A stretch of DNA of 53,068 nt, from positions 1 through 53,068 of IMG/VR virus record IMGVR_UViG_3300037762_000317; one strand, given 5' to 3'. Source of the stretch: a virus (taxonomy: Duplodnaviria > Caudoviricetes). The position numbers were made by a program, and so were the translations under genes. Under the pieces are notes generated by a model, which saw only the letters and a list, made by a program, of their open reading frames with translations, was not told the DNA's origin and ran no database searches. Below, in pieces: positions 1 through 9,895 of this stretch. Numbering within the stretch: the first letter of the stretch is position 1; each line of letters begins with the position of its first letter.

Positions 1-45
1 ATTCCGGGCCGTCCGGTTCGGTAGCTCGGTTGACCGTCCCCCCTG

Positions 46-189
46 TCATCGTCGTGTCTCGGTGAGGATGCGTTCGTATTCGGCGCGTTGTTCGGGGCTC
101 AGCTTGTGCGGGTAGGTGCGCTGCTCTTGCCGGTCGAGGCGTGTGTTGAGGTTGTCGATGGCGGCTTGCAGTTCAGCGATGGTGGTCAT
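46..189 (-). CDS. hypothetical protein (coiled-coil), last early-arm gene
   Basis: ORF MTTIAELQAAIDNLNTRL..., ATG at 189 overlaps the upstream stop (ATGA). Confidence 0.55.
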   Translation of the reverse strand: MTTIAELQAAIDNLNTRLDRQEQRTYPHKLSPEQRAEYERILTETRR

Positions 190-394
190 CGGTGAACTCG
201 CGCGCCAAGGGCTAGACCACAGAGTCGGCAGCCACCGTGCCACCTTGATGGCTTGAACTGGTGGGGGATGTCTTGTGCGTCACCCATGGTTCCGTCGATG
301 CCGACGGATTGGCGGTCTTGCTCGCCTTCGTCTTGTGGGTCCATCGGGTTCCCAGCTCGTTCACGGATTGGTCCAGTCATCGCAGTCTCCTCCT

Positions 395-589
395 TCATCG
401 TCGTATCCATGGTGCGGTCCAGTGTCGGATGGGTTGGCGTGTGACGCCGCGGTCCTGTCCACCGTTGCGGTGTAGTCGGCCGTAGTTCTGCGGTCTGGTG
501 TGCCAGTCCCACCAGGCGTAGGCGGTGAGCGCTACCACCAGCAGCAGGACGGCGACGAGGGTGGCGATGATGACTGTGTGTGCGGTCAT
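395..589 (-). CDS. small membrane protein
   Basis: MTAHTVIIATLVAVLLLVVALTAYAWW hydrophobic helix; ATGA coupling with upstream gene. Confidence 0.55.
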   Translation of the reverse strand: MTAHTVIIATLVAVLLLVVALTAYAWWDWHTRPQNYGRLHRNGGQDRGVTRQPIRHWTAPWIRR

Positions 590-894
590 AGTCCGAGCGT
601 CCTTCGCCACCACGCAGGATTGGTGCCAGTGGTCATGTTGGGTGGCTTTGGAGGGTCCTTGGGGGTGACCTTCAGCTCGATCTCGTTGACCCTGTCAGCG
701 ACGTTGCTTACCGGTGGGAATTGGTTGGTGGTCATGGCGAAGTGGTCCCAGCGGAGCGGGTTGAGGCCGGCTGCGGTGAGGATGGCCGTGACGCTGGGCA
801 GTGGTTTGTCGGCGGGTGTCTTCACGCGGAGGGTGAGGAGGTGGACGGCGATGTCTGTGCGTTGGGCTGCGTCGTCGTCGGGAAGGGGGGTCAT
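586..894 (-). CDS. hypothetical protein
   Basis: MTPLPDDDAAQRTDIAVHLLTL..., stop/start overlaps on both sides. Confidence 0.55.
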   Translation of the reverse strand: MTPLPDDDAAQRTDIAVHLLTLRVKTPADKPLPSVTAILTAAGLNPLRWDHFAMTTNQFPPVSNVADRVNEIELKVTPKDPPKPPNMTTGTNPAWWRRTLGL

Positions 895-1103
895 GGTCGG
901 TTGGGTTCGAGGATGAGGGTGGATCGGGCGGGGAGTACGTCGACTTTGACTGAGAGTATGGCGTCGGCGTCTTGGTCGATGGCGACTGCGTATTCGGTGT
1001 AGCCGTCTGGGGTTTTGTGTCTGCGTGGCGCGGCGATGGCGGGTTGTGTTGTGCCGTCTTTGTAGACGAGTGTTACCCATAGTGATTGTGGTGTGTCGGC
1101 CAT
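891..1103 (-). CDS. hypothetical protein
   Basis: MADTPQSLWVTLVYKDG..., protein-like composition, tightly packed operon. Confidence 0.6.
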   Translation of the reverse strand: MADTPQSLWVTLVYKDGTTQPAIAAPRRHKTPDGYTEYAVAIDQDADAILSVKVDVLPARSTLILEPNRP

Positions 1104-1111
1104 TGCGGGGT

Positions 1112-1570
1112 TCACCTTGTTTCTGTTTGGTCGACGAGCCGGTTCGCTCTGACCCACAGACAGCCGTCAAGATGCCGAGCCGGGTACAGAACCATGCATT
1201 CTTTGCACTTGAGGAGGCCACCGGGTCCGCGCACCCATGGATCGCTGTTGGCGAGGTCTTGGATGAGCCGCCACCGTTCGAACACGTTGGCCATCAACCG
1301 GTCCAGATCGGCGAGTGTGGCGGCGGGGCGGATGCGCTCCGAATCCGCATCACCATCGGCGGGTGGGTGGCCGTCCGGGACCGGCGCCGCAGGAGCAGGG
1401 TCGACGGGCGTCCACGACGTGATGCCGCATCGATGAGCACCGCGATGTCCAGCGGGTAGCTCACAGTGCCAGGACGGAGCGTCGACGCCAGCTAGTGCAA
1501 TGCCCCGAGCGTAAGAAGCACAGCGGGGTTCGACGGGCGTCGTTTTCGCCATGTTTGGCTGAGGGGTCAT
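1112..1570 (-). CDS. hypothetical protein with Cys/His motifs
   Basis: HCELPAGHRGAH and KCKEC...HLDGC motifs; ATGA coupling. Confidence 0.6.
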   Translation of the reverse strand: MTPQPNMAKTTPVEPRCASYARGIALAGVDAPSWHCELPAGHRGAHRCGITSWTPVDPAPAAPVPDGHPPADGDADSERIRPAATLADLDRLMANVFERWRLIQDLANSDPWVRGPGGLLKCKECMVLYPARHLDGCLWVRANRLVDQTETR

Positions 1571-1803
1571 AGGGGGTTCTCCAGGGCGGGGGGTAGGCCG
1601 ATGGTCCGCTGAGGCCCGAAAACGCCGGAGAAGTCAGATGCGCGACGTTCTCGGGGCTGTTCCGTCTCTTCAGCCTGACGCGGATTCACGGGTAGCTCCG
1701 GTGGTGCCCAGACGCCCCATTCGCATGGTGGCTTGAAGATCGGCAGCAGCGGCTCTGTCTGGTCGAAGTCGACGTCGGCGTCGCTGACGTAGACGGGTAT
1801 CAC
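1567..1803 (-). CDS. hypothetical protein
   Basis: 78-aa ORF whose stop overlaps the next start. Confidence 0.45.
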   Translation of the reverse strand: MIPVYVSDADVDFDQTEPLLPIFKPPCEWGVWAPPELPVNPRQAEETEQPRERRASDFSGVFGPQRTIGLPPALENPL

Positions 1804-1971
1804 GGGGTGGGGGTGGAGTTCCCAGTCCCGCAGGGGCTTGAGCGGCAGCTGATTGGGCTCGGTGATGTCCGAGCCGCGGGCGAAAGAGCCAGATGGCGAT
1901 GGCGGCGGTGGAAAGGGTGCCGATGAGGGTGCCGAATGCGCCGCCGACGGCGAACACCACCTGCAAATCAG

Positions 1972-2280
1972 TCATCGGCCTTTGTCCTCGGTGTACGCAC
2001 CCCGATGCGACAGCACCCGATTGAGCAGCGCTGCGCCGTCGGCGGTGAGGAAGCCACGCACGTCTGGTGTGACGTAGCGGTCGAGCGCGTCGGCGAGCCG
2101 GAACGTCAACGGCGAATAGCGGGTGCGTGCACAGTGGATAGCGGCGTTGGCCTCGTCGTCGTGCGCGAAGTGGCGGAAGCATTCCCACAGCACCTGGTCA
2201 AGCGTCATGTCTGGCACGGCGTTGTCGCCGCGTAGGTGTCCTTGGGGGCCGGTTTCGGTGGGGATGGTCATGGTGGTCAT
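1972..2280 (-). CDS. hypothetical protein
   Basis: 102-aa ORF coupled to the replication gene (ATGA). Confidence 0.6.
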   Translation of the reverse strand: MTTMTIPTETGPQGHLRGDNAVPDMTLDQVLWECFRHFAHDDEANAAIHCARTRYSPLTFRLADALDRYVTPDVRGFLTADGAALLNRVLSHRGAYTEDKGR

Positions 2281-3230
2281 GGGGTGTCCTGTTCGGTGGG
2301 GGTGAGTTGCCGGCGGATGGCTGCGACCTGTGCGGCGGTGGTTTCCGGGTCGGACGCTTCGGCTTCGAGTTTGGCGCGGTGGGCGGCGCCGTCGAACACC
2401 GGTGGGGTGGTGTCGGGGGGTGCGGGGCCGATGCCGCGCAGCCGGGCGAGGAGCGCTTTGGGGGGGTCGTGGACGCCGTGCCAGCGGCCGGAGATGGCGG
2501 CGACCAAGGTGCCGGGTTGCCAGCCGTTGGCGAGTGCTTGTTGGGTGGCGGTGTGGTGGTGGCCGTTCAACCCGGCCTTGAGTCGCTTGTGGACGTCGGG
2601 GGGCGCGTCGCCGACGACACGGTCAAGCACGCGAGTCGCGATGGTTTCGGTCTTCGGCGCAGCCGATCCCCCCGGGGCGGTAGTGCTCTGTGAGGGCTCA
2701 TCGTCGCCTGGGGGGGTAGGGGGGGTTATCCCTTCCCTTCCCTTCCCTTCCGGATAGCGCGCGCGCGCGTGCATATGGGGCTCAGTGAGTGCTCCATGAA
2801 CGCGGGATTCGGATGGGTTTTCACCGCCTTTCACACCGGAAGGCTCACTGAGTGGTGCGTGAGTAGTCGATGAGTCCTTGGGGGGTTTCGGTGAGTACTT
2901 GAACTTGTCGGGGTCGCCGTGACGCGGGTTCGACGGCCGGTTGATCCGCTGATGCTCGTTGAACCGGGGGATCACCAACACGCGGGTGCCGTCCGGCGCC
3001 GTGGCGCGTTTCACGCGGCCGGAGATAACTAACTCGGTGATGACGGCGGCCATGTCGATGTCGTCTGTCGGCGCGACTCGCAGTTTGATTTCCAGCGGGT
3101 CGTCCTCGATGACGCCGGAGTCGTCCGCGAAGTTCCACATGCCGATGTAGACGAGTCTCGCCAGGGGTGTGAGTGCGACAATTTTGGAGTCGGTCCAGAA
3201 CTCAGGTTTCACGGTTCTGATCCGCGCCAT
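2277..3230 (-). CDS. phage replication initiator (RepA/replisome organiser-like)
   Basis: N-terminus MARIRTVKPEFWTD...LVYIGMWNFADDSG...FNEHQRINRP typical of phage replisome organisers; low-complexity middle with iteron-like DNA repeats. Confidence 0.75.
   Translation of the reverse strand: MARIRTVKPEFWTDSKIVALTPLARLVYIGMWNFADDSGVIEDDPLEIKLRVAPTDDIDMAAVITELVISGRVKRATAPDGTRVLVIPRFNEHQRINRPSNPRHGDPDKFKYSPKPPKDSSTTHAPLSEPSGVKGGENPSESRVHGALTEPHMHARARYPEGKGREGITPPTPPGDDEPSQSTTAPGGSAAPKTETIATRVLDRVVGDAPPDVHKRLKAGLNGHHHTATQQALANGWQPGTLVAAISGRWHGVHDPPKALLARLRGIGPAPPDTTPPVFDGAAHRAKLEAEASDPETTAAQVAAIRRQLTPTEQDTP
2730..2896. repeat. candidate replication origin (iterons inside the initiator gene)
   Basis: GGCTCA(G/C)TGAGTG at 2779 and 2842; TGAGT at 2849, 2860, 2871 (11-bp period) and 2892; (CCCTT)n tract at about 2730-2751. 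Confidence 0.45.
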
Positions 3231-3985
3231 CAGACAACCGCTCCGAAGTTGAAAGCCTCTTGTCGCAGCCGCTGGACGGCAACAGCGCAATAGCGTTCAT
3301 CTACATCGATGCCGACCACACGGTGGCCAAGGTCCTTGGCAGCCCGCAATGTTGCGCCAGAACCCATGAACGGGTCGAGCACAGTCGATCTGGGAGGCAC
3401 GACCTGCAGCACCCACCGCATGACATCGATCGGCTTCTGCGCGATGTGATCCCGATGCTTCGACTCTGGTGCTGCGCAGGGGAACACGCCCGGTATCTGT
3501 CGCCCGAGTTCACGCCGGATTGCTGGACCATTGGTTCCCCAAACCACGTACTCAGCCTGCGAGGTGAATTGACCCGCAGCAGGTCGAGATTTGAGCGTCT
3601 TGTCCCACACCGCGACGCCGCGCCATGTCCATCCACCTGCCTGTACGGCGTCGGTCATGGTCGGCAACTGACGCCAGTCAATGAACGAGCAGAGCACTGC
3701 GCCGGGTTGTGTTGCTTTGCGTGCCGCGTTGAGCCAAAGCGTTGACCATGCAAGGAAACTGCGCTGGTCGCGGTTGTCACCAGCGAAATCCGGGCGGTAG
3801 GCGATGGTGTCGGAGTTGACGTACTTGATGGTGGTCTGCTGTGCCCTATCACCTCTGAACGCACCACCAGATGAGTAGGGCGGGTCTGTGATGACGGCAT
3901 CGATGCCACTGAGGTCGTGCAGTAAGTCAAATGCGTCGCCGTGGTAGATCGTCACGTGCTCGTCGGCGTAGTACGGCTTGGTCAC
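3230..3985 (-). CDS. DNA N6-adenine/N4-cytosine methyltransferase (beta class), orphan
   Basis: VITDPPY catalytic motif, HIAQKP, VLDPFMGSGAT SAM-binding motif. Confidence 0.92.
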   Translation of the reverse strand: MTKPYYADEHVTIYHGDAFDLLHDLSGIDAVITDPPYSSGGAFRGDRAQQTTIKYVNSDTIAYRPDFAGDNRDQRSFLAWSTLWLNAARKATQPGAVLCSFIDWRQLPTMTDAVQAGGWTWRGVAVWDKTLKSRPAAGQFTSQAEYVVWGTNGPAIRRELGRQIPGVFPCAAPESKHRDHIAQKPIDVMRWVLQVVPPRSTVLDPFMGSGATLRAAKDLGHRVVGIDVDERYCAVAVQRLRQEAFNFGAVV

Positions 3986-4218
3986 GCGCTGACCTTCTCA
4001 GGCGGCGCTGCGGGCGTGGTGCGCTCAGCAAGCCATTCACGGACTGCATGCGGGTCGTATCTGACCTTGCCTTGCTTGCCGGGGATCAGCTCGATCCAGG
4101 CGGGGCCGTAGCCGCGTTGCCGCCAGTCCCACAGAGTGCGGGTGGCGAGTCCGAGGTAGTCGGCGGTCTGTTGGCTGGTCCACAACGGCTCAGCGCCGCT
4201 TGGCGAATGGTTCTCCAT
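3982..4218 (-). CDS. MerR-like/excisionase-type HTH DNA-binding protein
   Basis: LWTSQQTADYLGLATRTLWDWRQRGYGPAWI...VRYDPHAVREWL. Confidence 0.85.
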   Translation of the reverse strand: MENHSPSGAEPLWTSQQTADYLGLATRTLWDWRQRGYGPAWIELIPGKQGKVRYDPHAVREWLAERTTPAAPPEKVSA

Positions 4219-4227
4219 GGCTGGATG

Positions 4228-4343
4228 ACCCTACCGTGCTGGCGGCCTTGCGCGCAACGCATCTACGCAACATCTGACACCGTCTGCGCCGCGTTTTCCG
4301 GTTGATGCGCCGCATGCGCGCAACGGGTGTGCGCAACACATCA
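4228..4343 (-). promoter_or_regulatory. early promoter with GTTGCG/CGCAAC operator-like repeats
   Basis: minus-strand TTGCGC-N18-TAGGGT; CGCAAC four times; shares exact 11- and 12-mers with the cro/repressor intergenic region. Confidence 0.5.
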
Positions 4344-4559
4344 CGTGGGATAGCCGAGCCGGTCGGCGAGATCTGAGCCGGCGATCTGGACGGCCCACAC
4401 CCAGTCCTGTCTGACGCGCACGTCCCGCAGGTCCGAGGACGTGTCGAGCAGGTCCAAGAGGTGTCGGGTCGCGTCCAACGCCCGCTCCAAGTGCAGCAGA
4501 CACAGGCCTCCGGTGATGGCGGGCCAGTGGGGTCCGCAGACGCGGCAGTGGTCATTCAC
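4341..4559 (-). CDS. hypothetical protein (CxxC)
   Basis: MNDHCRVCG...LCLLH. Confidence 0.55.
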   Translation of the reverse strand: MNDHCRVCGPHWPAITGGLCLLHLERALDATRHLLDLLDTSSDLRDVRVRQDWVWAVQIAGSDLADRLGYPT

Positions 4560-5832
4560 CGTCCTGCTCTACGGGCTTGTCGTCTTGCGCTTTGATCCAT
4601 GCGCGGGCCTTGGCGGCGTCCACCGGGAACGTCACCTCGCTGCCATCGGCGCGGAGTAGTCGCAGGTCGCCTTCGCCCGTGTAACCGAGCTTGACGTGCC
4701 CGGCTTTAAGCAGTTCGCATGCGACGAGCATCTGGTCGACGTCGTCGAAGAGCAGCGTGTCATCTTGGGTGGATTTCGCGCGTCCACCAGTGACCAGGAA
4801 CAGCAGGTCGTGGCGGCCGTCGTCGTCGAGGTTCGCGGCCTTGCATGCCTTGTGGATCTGCCCGCGCTGCGGCTTCGTCGCCGGGCGTGTCTGCGCGCGC
4901 GCCTCGGTCACGGTGCGCGGTTTCACGCCGGTGTTGGGGATCGGCGCTGCTGACCGCTTGGTGCGTTTGGTGCCGGCGTCCGCGCGTTGCTGCTGCGCGG
5001 CGACCTGCTCCGCGACGGTTGTTTTCGGCCACGTCGGCGCCGACTCCGGGACGGGCGTGAACGGCACCGGCTGGTCGGATGTCTTCGCTTCGAGTTGGGT
5101 GACGGTGGCGCCGCCAAGCTCGCCCGGCGCGACATGCCCGTTGACCGGGGTTCCAAGCGCACCCGCTGTGGCGTGCGCGATCGCGGCCAGCGGCAGTTTC
5201 ACGTCTAACACGGGGACGGCGAAGTCGCGGCGCGGCTGCCCCGGACGCGTGACGGTGCGCTTATCGAGTCGCAAGGTCGCTGGGAGTAGGTGGCCGCGGC
5301 CGGCGGCGGCCATGATCAGCTCGACGGAGCCGGCGAGTTCGACGGCGCCGTAGTAGCCGTGCACCTCGACGCGCCACAACCCCATCCCCTGGACCTGCGC
5401 GAGCATCACTGACAGCCGCGTCGTGGGCTTGCACTCCCGCTCGGCGGGGTCGGGGTCGCACAGGCACGGCTGGTCCGAGATCGTTTCGCGTTGACCGTCA
5501 CAGCGTTTCTGGATCCCGCCACCAACCCAAGTCTCGAACCATTGGGAGAACGCCATGTCAGTTGGAGGGACGATCACGTCGATCTGGTCGGCTTCGGTCG
5601 TGACCTGCCACTGTTGCAGCGGCCCGTTGGTCCACGCCTCCGGTTTGCCGCCGAAGAGGCGCGCGACGTGCTCGATCTTCGACCTATCGCTGCTCGTGAA
5701 CCTGAATGTGGCGAGCTTCTTCGGCCGGAACGCTGGATTGCCGTGCTTATCCGTTCCGCCAGTGGGCACCTTCTCGCCTAGGCGAATCCGGCCTGCCTCA
5801 AACATCCGTTTCTGCAATGTCAAGATCGCCAA
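4552..5832 (-). CDS. Gp3-like/recombination directionality factor-like protein (putative recombination partner of the exonuclease)
   Basis: GRIRLGEK...RPKKLATFRFTS...RCDG...CLC...CKPTTRLSVML...GLWR signature; adjacent to a PD-(D/E)XK exonuclease. Confidence 0.75.
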   Translation of the reverse strand: MAILTLQKRMFEAGRIRLGEKVPTGGTDKHGNPAFRPKKLATFRFTSSDRSKIEHVARLFGGKPEAWTNGPLQQWQVTTEADQIDVIVPPTDMAFSQWFETWVGGGIQKRCDGQRETISDQPCLCDPDPAERECKPTTRLSVMLAQVQGMGLWRVEVHGYYGAVELAGSVELIMAAAGRGHLLPATLRLDKRTVTRPGQPRRDFAVPVLDVKLPLAAIAHATAGALGTPVNGHVAPGELGGATVTQLEAKTSDQPVPFTPVPESAPTWPKTTVAEQVAAQQQRADAGTKRTKRSAAPIPNTGVKPRTVTEARAQTRPATKPQRGQIHKACKAANLDDDGRHDLLFLVTGGRAKSTQDDTLLFDDVDQMLVACELLKAGHVKLGYTGEGDLRLLRADGSEVTFPVDAAKARAWIKAQDDKPVEQDGE

Positions 5833-5833
5833 G

Positions 5834-6631
5834 TTAAGCCACCTCCCGGAGGCGTGCGACGCCGTACCAACGGTTGTGCTTACGCGCGTTGCACGAGCGA
5901 CATGCGGGCCGCAGATTGGCAGGCCAATTTGACCCGCCGAGCGATAGCGGCTTGACGTGGTCTATGCATGTCCAGGGTGCGCCGCACATCCAACACTTGT
6001 GGCCGTAGTACTCGATGCGCGCGCGGATCTCTTCTGTAGTGGCGCGGCCCGTGGCGCCCCGCTTGCGCGCTCGGTAAGCGGGACCAGTTATCAACTGCAC
6101 ATAGTGGTTGTTGCACATCCCCGCAGAACGAGATTGACGCTCGCATTGGGAGACTGAGCACTGTGTTGGGACGAACGGGATGGTGTAGTGGGGATCGCCG
6201 TATAGCTGCCATCGCCGGTAATGCATGGGACAAAAGCCCCAGCAGTCATGTTTCCTCTCGCACCCTTCGATAGTGCAGGTTTTGTGGCCATCGCGTCGTC
6301 TCAACCGCATCGCCGGGTCGCCATGACGCCGCATGCGGGTATCGTGAATCTGGCACATACCGTTGGCATCATGCGGTCGATCACATCCATCCACGGAACA
6401 GCCAGCCGGGCGGTTAGCGCGCCATCCCCGCTTGTAGTGGACCTCGCACAATGCGAGTTTCGTCGGTGGCTGTTCGCAGTCACCGGCCTTGCAGGTGGCC
6501 CCATATTCGACATAGAAGGTGCCTCCAGCGAGTGGATCGCCGTGTCGACGCCAGCGGAGGTAATGCCGGTTGCACCAGCCGCGCCTGATCCGGCCAGTTC
6601 CACTGCATCCCTCGATCCTGCAGACGCTCAC
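5834..6631 (-). CDS. HNH endonuclease with five N-terminal Cys-rich repeats (free-standing homing-endonuclease-like)
   Basis: CxxxGC...GxCxxHY...RHGDP repeats; C-terminal CWMC...[29 protein letters not shown]. Confidence 0.9.
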   Translation of the reverse strand: MSVCRIEGCSGTGRIRRGWCNRHYLRWRRHGDPLAGGTFYVEYGATCKAGDCEQPPTKLALCEVHYKRGWRANRPAGCSVDGCDRPHDANGMCQIHDTRMRRHGDPAMRLRRRDGHKTCTIEGCERKHDCWGFCPMHYRRWQLYGDPHYTIPFVPTQCSVSQCERQSRSAGMCNNHYVQLITGPAYRARKRGATGRATTEEIRARIEYYGHKCWMCGAPWTCIDHVKPLSLGGSNWPANLRPACRSCNARKHNRWYGVARLREVA

Positions 6632-7509
6632 GACAACTCCAATGGCTCGGAGCTGACAACTGTTCGCGAGGTCTCAACCTGCCAGCGGAACGCTTCCAGG
6701 CAGTACAGAAACGCGGTATAGGGGCGCTCGCTGATGTCTACGACGTAGGCGTCGCAGAACTCGGTCGTGATCATGATCCCGAGCCCCGCATCCATCTGCG
6801 GAAGAGGGATAGCGTTCTGACGCTCGTGTTCCGCGAGAAGATAGTAGCGACGACGGAGCCGTTCGAACCTACGCGGCCGCCACGCAGCAGCAAAACTGCC
6901 GTGTGCATACGCTGCGAGCTGCAGTGCAATCTCGGGATAGCAGCGCTTCTTGTTGCCCTTCGCATCGAACGGTTTCTTCGAAGTCTTGTAATCTGCTGCG
7001 AACGACGTGCCATCGACGGTTAGCACGGCGTCCATTGTCCCTGCGAACCCATACTCTGGAGCAAAAACGGTCATTTCGGCAGCGGTATAGGAAGGCTGTG
7101 CTCTCTGGCACCACTCCTCGAACTGCCGCAGGTAGGGCTCAACGTCGGCGGACACATCCGGTCGCACACCGGTCAACACGTACTCCTCGCATGCCGCGTG
7201 GACGTCGGTGCCCATCTCGGTGTCGGATTTCTCTCCGGGCGCCTTCCGCCAGCGTGCGTCCCGCAGCCACTTCACAGCCGCGCATGCTTGGGCGTCGGTG
7301 TGGTCGCAGTCGGGGTGGTCGTCGGCGAGCATCCCCCGCCACGTGTTCGATTGGTTGACGGCGGCGACGGCGGTTTTCTCGCACGCCCAGTAGGTGAGCG
7401 CGGGCCGGTCCAAGGCGGACAGGATGGTCGTGACGGACCAGAGTTGCTGGTCGTTGTCGGCTGCGGCGGCGACGTCGACCGGTGGGTGTTTCTCGACGGC
7501 GGTGCTCAC
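6628..7509 (-). CDS. Cas4/RecE-like PD-(D/E)XK exonuclease
   Basis: GTDVHAACE...AEMTVF...FAGTMDAV...ADYKTS...LQLAAYA motifs. Confidence 0.85.
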   Translation of the reverse strand: MSTAVEKHPPVDVAAAADNDQQLWSVTTILSALDRPALTYWACEKTAVAAVNQSNTWRGMLADDHPDCDHTDAQACAAVKWLRDARWRKAPGEKSDTEMGTDVHAACEEYVLTGVRPDVSADVEPYLRQFEEWCQRAQPSYTAAEMTVFAPEYGFAGTMDAVLTVDGTSFAADYKTSKKPFDAKGNKKRCYPEIALQLAAYAHGSFAAAWRPRRFERLRRRYYLLAEHERQNAIPLPQMDAGLGIMITTEFCDAYVVDISERPYTAFLYCLEAFRWQVETSRTVVSSEPLELS

Positions 7510-7890
7510 GGGGTGTCCTTGGGGATGTGGAGTTCGATGCGGCCGTCGTCGCGGGTGTGGAGGGCGTCTTCGGCGAGCAGTTCGGGGTAATAGACGCAGA
7601 CGGCTTGGAGGATGCTGGCGGCGATGGCGAGCCGCGGTTTGGGTTCGAACACGAGCAGCAGCTCAGTCATCGGCCAGCCCCCCATGACCGTGGAAGCTCG
7701 CCCTTGATTACGTCATCCAGCTCATCGCTGCCGATTTCGCGCCAGTCGCCGGAGCCGTCGGCGTTGAAGTAGGCGTGCCAGTTGGTGCGGTAGCGCCACG
7801 GCGGCCAGAAGTGCTGGCAGATCATGATGCGGCCGACGTCGTCACGTTCGAGGAACGTGTGGCGTGTCGTGAGCTTGTGAAGGATGCCGG

Positions 7891-8661
7891 TCACCAGCGG
7901 CCTGCCCATGCTTCCGACCGCGTCATCGCGGCCACCGGCACCGGTGTAGGTTCGTGTGCTTGTTTGAGGGCTTGGCTGGCGCCGCGCGGCCACTCGTTGG
8001 GGTGTTCCTTGGAGGGTTCGAAGTGCTTAAGGGGGCCGTCGGGGTGTTTGACGGCGACGAGGACGGTGCCGCCGTGGCGGTCGCGCAAGCCGAGGACGGT
8101 CGCCCAGGTATCAAAGACTTCTTGGGGGAGTTTGGCGCCGGGGGTGATGTTGTCGAAGCGGCGGCCGTGGACAGTGGTGCCATCCTCCTTGGGTGGGAGG
8201 TGGGAGATGGTCAGCACCACCGAAGGCTCAGGGTTAGGTGGAGGTTCGGGTGCGCCGATGGCCAGCGTTGGTCGGTCGCGTTGTTCGCGTAGCCATTCGA
8301 CGGAGTCGGGGCCGCCTTCGAACGCGCCGGCCATCTCCGCGACGGTTACGCGTGCTGGTGGTGTGGTTGCGCCGAGGTCGCCCGTCACCGTCTCAGGCTC
8401 GGTTAGCCACGGCAGTTCAGGGTGCTCCTCAGGTAGCGGCAGCGTCGCGAATCCGCCGTGTATCTCAACCGTCGCGTCGCCGCGTTCGAGCCGTCGCGTC
8501 TCGTCGGGGACGTCGGTGCGCGCGTTGGCCATCGCCTGCGCCGGCGTGAGCTTCGCGTCGTCGGGGGTGCGTCGGCGGCGGTTGCTGTAGGCGGCGCCTG
8601 CGGCGAACCACAGCACCGCGAACAGGGTGAGGCCGAGGGCGATGAGGACGGGCTCAGGCAT
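7891..8661 (-). CDS. membrane-anchored hypothetical protein
   Basis: N-terminal TM helix MPEPVLIALGLTLFAVLWFAAGAAY. Confidence 0.6.
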   Translation of the reverse strand: MPEPVLIALGLTLFAVLWFAAGAAYSNRRRRTPDDAKLTPAQAMANARTDVPDETRRLERGDATVEIHGGFATLPLPEEHPELPWLTEPETVTGDLGATTPPARVTVAEMAGAFEGGPDSVEWLREQRDRPTLAIGAPEPPPNPEPSVVLTISHLPPKEDGTTVHGRRFDNITPGAKLPQEVFDTWATVLGLRDRHGGTVLVAVKHPDGPLKHFEPSKEHPNEWPRGASQALKQAHEPTPVPVAAMTRSEAWAGRW

Positions 8662-9019
8662 CTTGGTTCTCCCGCTGTTGGCGGTATGACCGTTGTCGGG
8701 CCGTGGCGGCTTCTGTACATGGACGGCAGCGGCAGCCCCAGTTGTTGTAGGTCGTGGCAAGCCCGTGTTCGGCGGCTATGGGCCGTTGGAGCCGGTTGGC
8801 CTGCTGTTCGCGCATGCAGGCCGTGTTCGCCTCACGGCAGGTCGCGCAGCGGCACAGGTAGTTCTGGTAGCCGTTGAGGCCGTGTGGGATTTCGGCGTAG
8901 GGAGTAAGGCGGGCACGCCTGTAACGCAGCTCGCGTTTGTATTCGGCGTGAACTTGTCGGCAGGCGTCGCAGCGGCAGCCACGGCGGTAGCTGAGGGGGG
9001 TGCCATGCTCGGCCGTCAT
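8654..9019 (-). CDS. protein with three HG-x-Y-xx-CRCxxC zinc-binding-like repeats
   Basis: HGTPLSYRRGCRCDAC / HGLNGYQNYLCRCATC / HGLATTYNNWGCRCRPC. Confidence 0.75.
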   Translation of the reverse strand: MTAEHGTPLSYRRGCRCDACRQVHAEYKRELRYRRARLTPYAEIPHGLNGYQNYLCRCATCREANTACMREQQANRLQRPIAAEHGLATTYNNWGCRCRPCTEAATARQRSYRQQRENQDA

Positions 9020-9268
9020 TGGTTGTCCTTGGGGCAGGTGTAGTGGTGTTTGGGGGCGCCGTTGTCACCGACGAATTGGACGGTGTTCATCGGTCGAGTC
9101 CTCTGCGTTCGAGGGTGGGTGCGGGTTGCGATTCGACCCAGCAGTCGAGGTGGGTGGGTGGCTTGCCGTTCTCGCCGCCGCGGTACAGCTGCCCGGGCAG
9201 GATCGGATTCGGGCAGGCCGCGCAGTGGAGCGCGAGCAGTTCGTTGCCCTTGTAGCGGCCGATGCCGG

Positions 9269-9550
9269 TCATGGGTGTGGTCCGTCGTTGAGTTCGATGA
9301 CCCAGCGGCCGGCGCCGGAGCGGGTGACGACGAGTTCGGCGTGGAACCCGCACGCCGCAGCCCACCGGCCAATGAGTCCCGGCTTGGGTACCCGACGGCC
9401 GTGTTCGTAGCGGCTGATTTGTCCGCACGTGTCGTAGTTGTCGCGGTCCACATACCAACCGAGCAACTTGCCGAGCTGGGACTGTGACAGGCCGGCTTGG
9501 TGGCGCATGTCGCGGAGGAGTTCGGTGAGTTCGCCGTCGAGGTCAGCCAT
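9269..9550 (-). CDS. XRE-family HTH protein
   Basis: LRDMRHQAGLSQSQLGKLLG...ISRYEHGRRVP. Confidence 0.85.
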   Translation of the reverse strand: MADLDGELTELLRDMRHQAGLSQSQLGKLLGWYVDRDNYDTCGQISRYEHGRRVPKPGLIGRWAAACGFHAELVVTRSGAGRWVIELNDGPHP

Positions 9551-9689
9551 CGCGGTCGCCAGTCTTCTCGCGGGTGTGGCGCCAGCGGTGTTCGTCCATC
9601 GCGGACAGGCGGCCGAGCGCCCACGCGAACCCGAACGTGGCGGCGGTTGACCCGGCGAGGCAGACGAGCGCCCATCCCCACCAGCTCAT
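9543..9689 (-). CDS. small membrane protein
   Basis: MSWWGWALVCLAGSTAATFGFAWALG; RBS AAGGAG upstream. Confidence 0.55.
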   Translation of the reverse strand: MSWWGWALVCLAGSTAATFGFAWALGRLSAMDEHRWRHTREKTGDRDG

Positions 9690-9895
9690 GTGTCGTCTCC
9701 TTCTTGGATGGGGAGGCCTGCGGCGAACCCGTAGCCGAGTGGTTTGCCGGTGTCGGTGGCGAGCTCTTCCGGCCAGTACCACAGGAGCCGCTGGGGTGCC
9801 TCGTCGAACCGCACGACGAGGTGGCCGTCTTTGGTCCAGGCGACGGCGGTGCCTTTCATGCCGTCGGGCCGCGTCACCCGCCACTCGGTGGCCAT
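9686..9895 (-). CDS. hypothetical protein
   Basis: MATEWRVTRPDG..., coupled start and stop. Confidence 0.55.
   Translation of the reverse strand: MATEWRVTRPDGMKGTAVAWTKDGHLVVRFDEAPQRLLWYWPEELATDTGKPLGYGFAAGLPIQEGDDT

Noticed and set aside
3230-3985. Restriction-modification system
   Set aside because: No adjacent restriction endonuclease; orphan methylases are common in temperate phage early regions.
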